DNA from: an uncultured Candidatus Binatia bacterium
Lineage (GTDB): Bacteria; Desulfobacterota; Binatia; UBA9968; JAJDTQ01
Direction: 5' to 3'
Length of the DNA: 64,000 nt
Assembly (NCBI GenBank): GCA_965215605.1
Contig: OZ244070.1
Location: 1,280,001 to 1,344,000, forward strand
Part shown: positions 52,450 through 64,000 of the stretch, piece after piece
Layout of the letters: every line of letters begins with the position of its first letter
How positions within the stretch are numbered: position 1 is the first letter of the stretch
The notes under the pieces: model-generated
Databases searched by the model: none
Told to the model about the DNA's origin: nothing
Seen by the model: only the letters and a program-made list of their open reading frames with translations
Program-made: the position numbers and the translations under genes

Positions 52450-52526
52450 TGGCGGGTCAGGCAGGACTCGAACCTGCAACAGCCGGATTTGGAGTCCGGT
52501 GCTCTACCAATTGGAGCTACTGACCC
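52450..52526 (-). tRNA. tRNA-Trp(CCA)
   Basis: Full cloverleaf; anticodon arm CCGGA-CTCCAAA-TCCGG; 3' CCA encoded. Confidence 0.96.
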
Positions 52527-52538
52527 GGTTCGGCTGCC

Positions 52539-52691
52539 TCAGACCCGGATTTCCTTGTGCGCCGTGTGGGTACGACAATGAGCGCAGAACTTCTTGAATT
52601 CGAGCTTGTCCGTGGTTTTCTTCTTGTTCTTGGTCGTGGTGTAATTCTTCCGTTTGCATTGGTCACAGGCGAGCCCCACCAAGTCACGCAT
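52539..52691 (-). CDS. rpmG: 50S ribosomal protein L33 (Zn-binding form)
   Basis: Translated by hand: MRDLVGLACDQCKRKNYTTTKNKKKTTDKLEFKKFCAHCRTHTAHKEIRV. Confidence 0.96.
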   Translation of the reverse strand: MRDLVGLACDQCKRKNYTTTKNKKKTTDKLEFKKFCAHCRTHTAHKEIRV

Positions 52692-52703
52692 CTCTCACCC
52701 CCG

Positions 52704-53894
<1,191 letters not shown>

Positions 53895-53948
53895 CTTCTC
53901 CTCCTCTAGATTTCACCTGGTCTGATTCAATGGCTTACAAACAGGCAA

Positions 53949-54021
53949 AGCCCAGGAGCGGGCTTGAACCGCCGACCTCGTCCTTACCAAGGACGTGCTC
54001 TACCGACTGAGCTACCTGGGC
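53949..54021 (-). tRNA. tRNA-Thr(GGT)
   Basis: Cloverleaf; anticodon arm CGTCC-TTGGTAA-GGACG; CCA not encoded. Confidence 0.95.
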
Positions 54022-54145
54022 ATGGGGTCCCGCACGACCGTGGCGTCCGATCCGCCTGGCCGCGTTCCACGGGTTCTCGTGTGGTGTCTTCGTTCAGCGC
54101 CGGGGCCTCGAGAACGAGCCTCCCGGCATCCACACCGGTTCACAA

Positions 54146-54222
54146 TGGAGCGGGAAACGGGATTCGAACCCGCGACCCCGAGCTTGGAAGGCTCGTGCTC
54201 TAGCCAACTGAGCTATTCCCGC
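54146..54222 (-). tRNA. tRNA-Gly(TCC)
   Basis: Cloverleaf; anticodon arm CGAGC-CTTCCAA-GCTCG; CCA encoded. Confidence 0.96.
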
Positions 54223-54261
54223 AAGAAAACGACTCCCGTCGCCCTGGAGTCCTTCAACTGA

Positions 54262-54347
54262 TGGTGGAGAGGGGAGGATTCGAACCTCCGAAGCCGATCG
54301 GCGGCAGATTTACAGTCTGCTCCCTTTGTCCACTCGGGAACCTCTCC
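54262..54347 (-). tRNA. tRNA-Tyr(GTA)
   Basis: Anticodon arm GCAGA-CTGTAAA-TCTGC; long variable arm; CCA encoded. Confidence 0.96.
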
Positions 54348-54425
54348 CTGACTCGTCAATCCCGCTGCTCGCACAAATCGGAACGCCTCGTCACAAGAGG
54401 GCTCCGTTAAATGAAATCGTTGACT

Positions 54426-54500
54426 TGGAGCTGGCGATAGGATTTGAACCTACAACCTGCTGATTACAAATCAGCTGCTCTACCGTTGAGCTACGCCAGC
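54426..54500 (-). tRNA. tRNA-Thr(TGT)
   Basis: Anticodon arm GCTGA-TTTGTAA-TCAGC; CCA encoded. Confidence 0.96.
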
Positions 54501-54594
54501 GGATGCAGCCGTTGTCACGCGCCCGAGAACAAAAAGCCACACTTCCCCTGTCCCTCTTTCGCAAAACAGGGCAAATGTTGGCTCCGACAAACGG

Positions 54595-54625
54595 AATATA
54601 AAGCATTTGTTATGGGAAATGTCAA
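54595..54625 (-). promoter_or_regulatory. putative promoter of the tRNA-tuf operon
   Basis: TTGACA (overlapping the rlmB stop) followed 17-19 bp later by TTTATATT. Confidence 0.45.
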
Positions 54626-55395
54626 CGGGCCGGGCTTGAAACGGCAGCGAGCCGCTGCCTCGCCAACTCGTAGGCGAACGTGCCCCAGGCCACCCCCACG
54701 TTCAACGAACCCACCCGGCCTTGCATGGGGATGGAGACCAGGTAGTCGCAATTGCGCCGTATCAGCGGCCGGATGCCGCGCTCCTCCCCGCCCAACACGA
54801 CCGCCAGCCTTTCCGGATACGCCGGGTCACACACCCTGCCTTCGGCCTGGGCATCGAGCCCCACCACCCAATAGCCCCTTTCCCGGAGCGCCGAGAGCCC
54901 GCGAAGGAGATTGGGGACCCGGTAGAGCCGGACGCGGTGAGCCGCGCCGGAAGATGCCTTGACCACCGCCGCCGTCACCCCCGCGGCCCGGTCCCTGGGT
55001 ATGACGACGTGGCCGACGCCCATGGCCTCGGAAGTGCGCAGGATGCCGCCGAGGTTCCGCGGGTCCACCACTCCGTCCAGGAACAGGACGCAGTCCGGAG
55101 CCTCGGCAGCGGGCGCCGCCAACAGCGCGTCGAAAGAGCCGTAGGCGAAGGGCGCCGCGCGGACGGCGACTCCTTGATGCCGCCCCCCCCGGGTCAGGGC
55201 GCTCAGGGCGCGGGCGTCGATCTCGGAGACCCGGCAACGCTCCTGCCGGGCGGCCTGCTCCACCCGGCTCAGCGCGGAGCCCCGCCGGCCGCTCACCAAC
55301 AAGACCTCGATGATGTCGCCGGGTGCGGCCCTGAGCTTTTCCAGCACCGGGTGAATGCCATAGATCAACGCCGGGCTCTGGATTGAGGAATTCAT
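54622..55395 (-). CDS. rlmB: 23S rRNA Gm2251 methyltransferase
   Basis: YG.HPV, HQGV, DPRNLG.ILR, SSGA and IPMQGRVGSLNV. Confidence 0.93.
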   Translation of the reverse strand: MNSSIQSPALIYGIHPVLEKLRAAPGDIIEVLLVSGRRGSALSRVEQAARQERCRVSEIDARALSALTRGGRHQGVAVRAAPFAYGSFDALLAAPAAEAPDCVLFLDGVVDPRNLGGILRTSEAMGVGHVVIPRDRAAGVTAAVVKASSGAAHRVRLYRVPNLLRGLSALRERGYWVVGLDAQAEGRVCDPAYPERLAVVLGGEERGIRPLIRRNCDYLVSIPMQGRVGSLNVGVAWGTFAYELARQRLAAVSSPAR

Positions 55396-55411
55396 CAAAG
55401 ACAGTTACCAT
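55383..55411 (+). promoter_or_regulatory. putative sigma70 promoter for lptFG overlapping the rlmB start
   Basis: TTGAGG, 17 bp spacer, TACCAT; predicted +1 near the GTG at 55419. Confidence 0.4.
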
Positions 55412-55418
55412 GGCCGGT

Positions 55419-56606
55419 GTGCATCGGACCTTGAGCGCGTATGTAGCCGGTCAGATCATCCCGCCTTTCCTGGTCGGTCTTCTTGCCTTCACCCTGGTGT
55501 TCCTCACCGGCCGCATCGTGCAGCTCATCGAGCTGGTCGTCAGCCGCGGCGCCCCCTTGAGCCAGATCGGGAAACTCTTCGCGTTCATCCTGCCGACGCT
55601 GCTGGAAACGACGCTGCCCATGGCCTTCCTGCTGGGCATTCTCTACGGCTGCGGCCGCCTTTCGCGGGACAGCGAGACGCTGGCCTTCAAGGCCTGTGGC
55701 GTGGGACCTTTCCACTTTCTGACGCCCGTGGCGCTGGTGGCCGTCGTGGTATCGGTGCTGACCCTCGGTTTGTCGATCTTCGTGCGGCCGGCCGCCAACA
55801 TGGCGGTCAAGAGGGAACTCTACGCCGTCGCCAAGAACCGGGCCGGATCACTGCTCAGGGAAAACGTGTTCAACGACCTTTTCCCCAAGGTGCTGATCTA
55901 TATTGACAAGGTCGTTCCTCCGGGGAACACCTTCCAGGGTGTCTTGATCGTCGACCAGCGGGACGAGGCCGCGGAGAATCTTATCATCGCGCGGGTAGGC
56001 GTGCTACTGTCCGACAAGGAGACCGACTCCATCGGCCTGCGGCTGTTCGACGGCAGGATCCATGAGCGCAGGGACCCCGTGGACGGATTCAGCCAGACAT
56101 CGTTCAACGTCTACGACCTGAACCTCCAACTGGACCGCATCCTGTCGCCGCTGAACCGCGGGCAGCGAAGCCCCATGGAGATGCCGCTGCAACCGCTGCG
56201 CGAGACCATCCGGTCCAGGTTCGCGCAGGGGATGGACGCCATCCCGGAAAGGCTGGAGCTGCACCGGAGATTCTCTTTACCGTTCGCGCCGCTGGTATTC
56301 GCCTTGCTGGGCATCGCCATCGTGCTGACGAGGAACCCATCGGCGCGGGGGCGTTCACAGGGAGTTGCCTCGTGCGTTGCCTGGCTGTTCGCCTACTACG
56401 CCCTGCTCTCGGTGGGGACGGCCATGGGGGAGAACGGCAAGTTGCCGCCGTGGCTGGCGCTGTGGTTGCCCAACATCGCCGTCGGACTCATCTCCCTCTA
56501 CCTGTTCCTCGGGACCTTCCGCGAGTCTCGCTTGGACATGAGGCCCCGGAGCTGGATTCGGGTCCTGGGCCGAAGACGCCCGAGCCGGCAGGCCGCGGCA
56601 AAATGA
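55419..56606 (+). CDS. lptF: LPS export ABC transporter permease LptF
   Basis: 3+3 TM YjgP/YjgQ pattern, GRLSRDSE..A..ACG, ELHRR.SLP and WLPN; start 55419 (GTG) or 55410 (ATG). Confidence 0.9.
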   Translation: MHRTLSAYVAGQIIPPFLVGLLAFTLVFLTGRIVQLIELVVSRGAPLSQIGKLFAFILPTLLETTLPMAFLLGILYGCGRLSRDSETLAFKACGVGPFHFLTPVALVAVVVSVLTLGLSIFVRPAANMAVKRELYAVAKNRAGSLLRENVFNDLFPKVLIYIDKVVPPGNTFQGVLIVDQRDEAAENLIIARVGVLLSDKETDSIGLRLFDGRIHERRDPVDGFSQTSFNVYDLNLQLDRILSPLNRGQRSPMEMPLQPLRETIRSRFAQGMDAIPERLELHRRFSLPFAPLVFALLGIAIVLTRNPSARGRSQGVASCVAWLFAYYALLSVGTAMGENGKLPPWLALWLPNIAVGLISLYLFLGTFRESRLDMRPRSWIRVLGRRRPSRQAAAK

Positions 56607-56658
56607 CCGCGGCGCCGCGGTCCCTGCCGCAATCTCCCGCGCGTCCTTGTCAACCGGT

Positions 56659-57738
56659 ATGTGGGACACAACGCTAGATCGTTACTTGCTGAGGCAGTTC
56701 TTCCGCGTGTTCTGCGCGACGCTGCTGGTGGTGATCCTGTTGCACCTCGCCAGCGACATCTTCAACCGTGTCGACAACTTCATGGGCAGTGGGGCCACCC
56801 TGTCGACGGCCGTGTGGTTCTTCATCTACCGGTTGCCGCTCATGATCTCCCGCGTCATCGGCTTCGCCGCGCTGTTCGCCGCTTTCCTGACCCTCGGCTC
56901 ACTGGCGCAGGGCAACGAACTGGTGGCCATGGGCGCCTCCGGCATCAGCCTCCACCGGCTTACGCTGCCGTTCCTGCTGGCCGCCCTCGGCCTCAGCGCC
57001 GCCGCGTTTGTATGGAACGAAACCGCGGTACCCGTTTCCACGCGGCAGGCCAAGCACATCTACGACGTGGAGGTGCACAAGAAGAAGCGGCAATCGGTCT
57101 TTGGCGACAGGGAAATCTGGATGCGGAGCAGCGGCGCATTCATTCGGGCCGACGACTTCGACACGGAGGCCAACAGGCTCCATGGGCTGGTGATCTACCG
57201 GATCACTCCCGAGTTCACGATGGAAGGGCTCATCGAAACGCCGTCGGCGACCTGGAACGGCAAAGGCTGGGTACCGTACGGGGGCACGGAGTGGCGTTTG
57301 CTGGAGGGAGAGAACCTCGACCGGCGAGCGCTCGGGTCAACCCTGCCGCTCGACCAACAGCCGGAAGACTTCCGCATCTTCGCCCGTTCGCCCGACGAGT
57401 TCAGCTACTTCGAGTTGCGGCAGCGGATCGCCGACCTGCAGACCAAGGGGGTCGACACGGTACGCGACAGGGTCCATCTGCACACCAAGCTGGCGATCCC
57501 GCTGGTAACGCCCCTGATCATACTGATGGCCGTGGCGTTCGCGGTCAAGCCCGGGCGGAAGGGAGGCCTCGCCCTCAACTTCGGCCTGACCATCGCGATT
57601 GGATTTTCCTACTGGGTGCTGCTGGGCTTTTGCGTATCGCTAGGCAGGGCCGGGGCGATGCAGCCCTGGCTTGCCGCGTGGTTGCCGAACATGCTGACGG
57701 GGTTGTTGAGCCTGTATCTGTACACAGGCTCGGAATGA
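56659..57738 (+). CDS. lptG: LPS export ABC transporter permease LptG
   Basis: TLDRYL, NELVAM.ASGIS, KLAIP and AAWLPN. Confidence 0.9.
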   Translation: MWDTTLDRYLLRQFFRVFCATLLVVILLHLASDIFNRVDNFMGSGATLSTAVWFFIYRLPLMISRVIGFAALFAAFLTLGSLAQGNELVAMGASGISLHRLTLPFLLAALGLSAAAFVWNETAVPVSTRQAKHIYDVEVHKKKRQSVFGDREIWMRSSGAFIRADDFDTEANRLHGLVIYRITPEFTMEGLIETPSATWNGKGWVPYGGTEWRLLEGENLDRRALGSTLPLDQQPEDFRIFARSPDEFSYFELRQRIADLQTKGVDTVRDRVHLHTKLAIPLVTPLIILMAVAFAVKPGRKGGLALNFGLTIAIGFSYWVLLGFCVSLGRAGAMQPWLAAWLPNMLTGLLSLYLYTGSE

Positions 57739-57765
57739 AGCAGGCGGGGGATACCCGGCCGACGA

Positions 57766-58158
57766 TCAACGCTTGGAGAACTGCGGCCGCTTCCGTGCCT
57801 TGTGCCGGCCGTATTTCTTCCTCTCCACCGCGCGGGGGTCTCGGGTGACGTAACCCGCCTTCTTGAGCGGGGGGCGGAACCCTTCGTCGACCTGCATCAA
57901 GGCGCGCGTGATACCGTGCCGGATGGCGCCGGCCTGACCCGAGATTCCGCCGCCCTTGACGTTGGCGACGATGTCGAAGTCTCCCAGGGTGCGGGTCACG
58001 TGGAAGGGCTGGCGGACGATCATCCTGGCCGTTTCACGACCGAAATAGTCCTCCAGCAACCGGCTGTTGATCCGGATGTCGCCGTTGCCCCGCTTCAGAT
58101 AGATGCGCGCAACGGAGGTCTTGCGCCTGCCGGTGGCGTATATGGGTTCGTCCGCCAT
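57766..58158 (-). CDS. rpsI: 30S ribosomal protein S9
   Basis: [25 protein letters not shown] and PQFSKR. Confidence 0.99.
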   Translation of the reverse strand: MADEPIYATGRRKTSVARIYLKRGNGDIRINSRLLEDYFGRETARMIVRQPFHVTRTLGDFDIVANVKGGGISGQAGAIRHGITRALMQVDEGFRPPLKKAGYVTRDPRAVERKKYGRHKARKRPQFSKR

Positions 58159-58169
58159 GATGTCGTTCT

Positions 58170-58610
58170 CTAACCGCTAATCTCGAGCGGCTCGGGCAAC
58201 TGGGCCTGATGCGGATGCTCGGGGCCGCGGTAGACCTTGAGCTTGTCAAGCTGGCCGCGTCCCAGACGGTTCTTCGGCAACATGCCCTTCACCGCCAGAC
58301 GCACCACCTGCTCGGGTTTCTTTTCCCGCATCTCGGAAAGAGTTGCGACGCGCAACCCGCCGGGATAGCCGGTATGGCGATAGTAGCGCTTGTCGCTCTC
58401 CTTCGCGCCGGTGAGCTTGACGCGTTTGGCGTTGACGACGATGACGAAATCGCCCGCGTCCACGTGCGGGCTGAACGCCGGCTTGTGCTTGCCGCGCAGG
58501 ACCCTGGCAATCTCCGTCGCCATTCGTCCTAGAACCTTGTCCTCGGCGTCGATGATGTACCACCGGCGCTGGGCCAAGGACTGTTCTCTTGTCATCTGAA
58601 CCGTTCGCAT
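58170..58610 (-). CDS. rplM: 50S ribosomal protein L13
   Basis: WYIIDA, LRGKHKP and [10 protein letters not shown]. Confidence 0.98.
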   Translation of the reverse strand: MRTVQMTREQSLAQRRWYIIDAEDKVLGRMATEIARVLRGKHKPAFSPHVDAGDFVIVVNAKRVKLTGAKESDKRYYRHTGYPGGLRVATLSEMREKKPEQVVRLAVKGMLPKNRLGRGQLDKLKVYRGPEHPHQAQLPEPLEISG

Positions 58611-58629
58611 CTCGCTCACAATGAATGTT

Positions 58630-58706
58630 TGGCGGGGCCGACGAGACTCGAACTCGCGACCTCCGGCGTGACAGGCCGGCGTTCTAACCAGCTGAACTAC
58701 GGCCCC
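58630..58706 (-). tRNA. tRNA-Asp(GTC)
   Basis: Anticodon arm CCGGC-CTGTCAC-GCCGG; CCA encoded. Confidence 0.96.
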
Positions 58707-58806
58707 GAACCAAGAGGGATCTATACCGGTTATCGTCGACGATTGCAACCACGGCGTCCCATCACACGCATTTCCGTCCGCGCGACGCCGCGCCTGGAGG
58801 AACGAA

Positions 58807-58879
58807 TGGGCGGTACAGGACTTGAACCTGTGACCCCCGGCTTGTAAGGCCGATGCTCTCCCAACTGAGCTAACCGCCC
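58807..58879 (-). tRNA. tRNA-Val(TAC)
   Basis: Anticodon arm TCGGC-CTTACAA-GCCGG; CCA not encoded. Confidence 0.95.
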
Positions 58880-58902
58880 GAACCCTGGGGACACGATACC
58901 CG

Positions 58903-61365
<2,463 letters not shown>

Positions 61366-61377
61366 CGGTAACCCCTC

Positions 61378-62631
<1,254 letters not shown>

Positions 62632-62643
62632 CGAAGTTCCCCC

Positions 62644-63246
62644 TCACCCCTTTGTGTTTACGTCAAGGCGACTGGTGATCACTTCATCCACCAATCCGTA
62701 CTCCAGCGCCTTTTGCCCGGTCATGAACAGGTCCCTGTCCGTATCCCGCTCGATTCGCTTCAGCGACTGACCGGTGTGCTTGACGAGAATCGCGCCCAGC
62801 TCCTCCCGCATTCGCAGAATCTCGCGCGCCTGGATGTCGACGTCGGCCGCGGTCCCCTGAAACCCGCCCAGGGGCTGATGGATCATGATGCGCGAATGCG
62901 GCAGCGCGTAGCGTTTGCCCTTCTCGCCGGCGGCGAGCAGGACCGCGCCCATGCTGGCCGCCTGACCCAGACAGACCGTGGAAACCTGCGGGCGAATGTA
63001 CTGGATGGTGTCGTAGATGGCCAGACCGGCGGTCACGGAGCCGCCCGGCGAGTTGATGTAGAAGTAGATGTCGCGCTCCGGGTCTTCCGACTCCAGGAAC
63101 AGCAACTGCGCGGTGATGAGGTTGGCGACCTCGTCTACGACGGCGCTACCCAGAAAAACGATCCGGTCCTTGAGGAGTCGGGAGTAGATATCATAAGCGC
63201 GCTCGCCTCGACCGGTCTGCTCTACGACAAAAGGAATGAAGTTCAT
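62644..63246 (-). CDS. clpP: Clp protease proteolytic subunit
   Basis: [20 protein letters not shown] and MIHQP. Confidence 0.99.
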   Translation of the reverse strand: MNFIPFVVEQTGRGERAYDIYSRLLKDRIVFLGSAVVDEVANLITAQLLFLESEDPERDIYFYINSPGGSVTAGLAIYDTIQYIRPQVSTVCLGQAASMGAVLLAAGEKGKRYALPHSRIMIHQPLGGFQGTAADVDIQAREILRMREELGAILVKHTGQSLKRIERDTDRDLFMTGQKALEYGLVDEVITSRLDVNTKG

Positions 63247-63305
63247 GTTGCCTCAACCCGAGTGGCGACGCCACCAGGAAAGTCTATCCTCTTTTGTTTT
63301 CGCCA

Positions 63306-64000
63306 TCAACCGTTTTCCGGAGGCTCCACCACCGTGACCTCCGCCTCCCGCAGCAGGAAATCCAACGTCTTCTCGGACACGAGCTGGGAGCGGAGCGTCT
63401 CCCGCGCCCAATCCTGTCCATACTGCCGGCGCACCGCCGCCCCCTGGTCTCCGCTGGCCCGCGCCACCGCCTCGATGCGGCCGTCCACCTCCTCCTCGGA
63501 AGCCGTGATCCCTTCCGCCGCGGCGATCCTTTCGATCAGCAGCATCATCTTGACGCGGCGCTCCGCCTGCGGCCTCAGCTCTTCCCTGAGCTCGTCGGTG
63601 GTCGGCTCCGGCGCATCCGGCGCGGACAGCTCCCGCTGGCTCGCGGCGCGGCGCGCGAGGTACGACAACTCCCGATCGACCATGGACGGAGAGACCTCGA
63701 AGTCGTGCTCCTCCATGAGCCGCTCCACGATGCGATCCTTCAACTGCCGGTCCTGAAACGCCTCGATCTCGCTCTGCAGCTCCGAGCGCAGCTTCTCGCG
63801 CAACTCCTCGAGCGTTTCGCACTCGCCGTAGTCCCGCGCGAACTCGTCGTCCAGGGCCGGCAGCACCTTGTTGCGTATCTCCTTGACCGTCACCTCGAAA
63901 TCGGCCGTCTTCCCGGCCAGGCGCTCATCCCCGAGATCCGCGGGAAAGTTCACCGCGATGGTCCGGGGCGCGTCGCGCTCCATTCCCACCAGACCCCGCT
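63306..64000 (-). CDS. tig: trigger factor (3' part; runs off the window)
   Basis: End of FKBP domain (FP......LAGK...F.V.VK) and LDDEFA; directly upstream of clpP. Confidence 0.93.
   Translation of the reverse strand, partial: RGLVGMERDAPRTIAVNFPADLGDERLAGKTADFEVTVKEIRNKVLPALDDEFARDYGECETLEELREKLRSELQSEIEAFQDRQLKDRIVERLMEEHDFEVSPSMVDRELSYLARRAASQRELSAPDAPEPTTDELREELRPQAERRVKMMLLIERIAAAEGITASEEEVDGRIEAVARASGDQGAAVRRQYGQDWARETLRSQLVSEKTLDFLLREAEVTVVEPPENG

Noticed and set aside
54626-54645. TTTCAAGCCCGGCCCGT in the rlmB 3' end as a REP remnant
   Set aside because: No GTAG cap or 5' arm

Overview
High-GC bacterial chromosomal window made almost entirely of core housekeeping genes; gene order looks deltaproteobacterial (inference only). 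Left to right: 5' fragment of initiator tRNA-fMet; a lower-GC hicB-hicA-like toxin-antitoxin pair; coaD, rsmD, a Zn-binding oxidoreductase and an iscA/erpA-family gene; a peptidoglycan-recycling operon (ldcA, serine hydrolase, mpl); groES-groEL; ffh-rpsP-khpA-rimM-trmD(fused to a second SPOUT domain)-rplS-rarA. A ~40 kb minus-strand run follows: orphan gspD, lptD, folC, trpFCD, a SPOR protein, the alpha/spc/S10/str operons, rpoBC, rplKAJL, nusG, secE, tRNA-Trp, rpmG, tuf, four tRNAs and rlmB. The right end holds lptFG, rpsI-rplM, tRNA-Asp/Val and lon-clpX-clpP-tig (partial). No rRNA, CRISPR array or transposase is visible. The main unexplained signal is a dispersed 25-bp GTAG-capped palindromic repeat (REP-like): its GTAG supplies the TAG stop codon of five genes, an inverted pair encloses rpmJ, and one copy may be translated in the FolC N-terminus. 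Also notable: TAG is the majority stop codon in the ribosomal cluster (24 of 41 genes by hand count), the cluster lacks rpmD, adk and tufA, NusG carries a ~27-aa insertion, and several transcripts appear leaderless.
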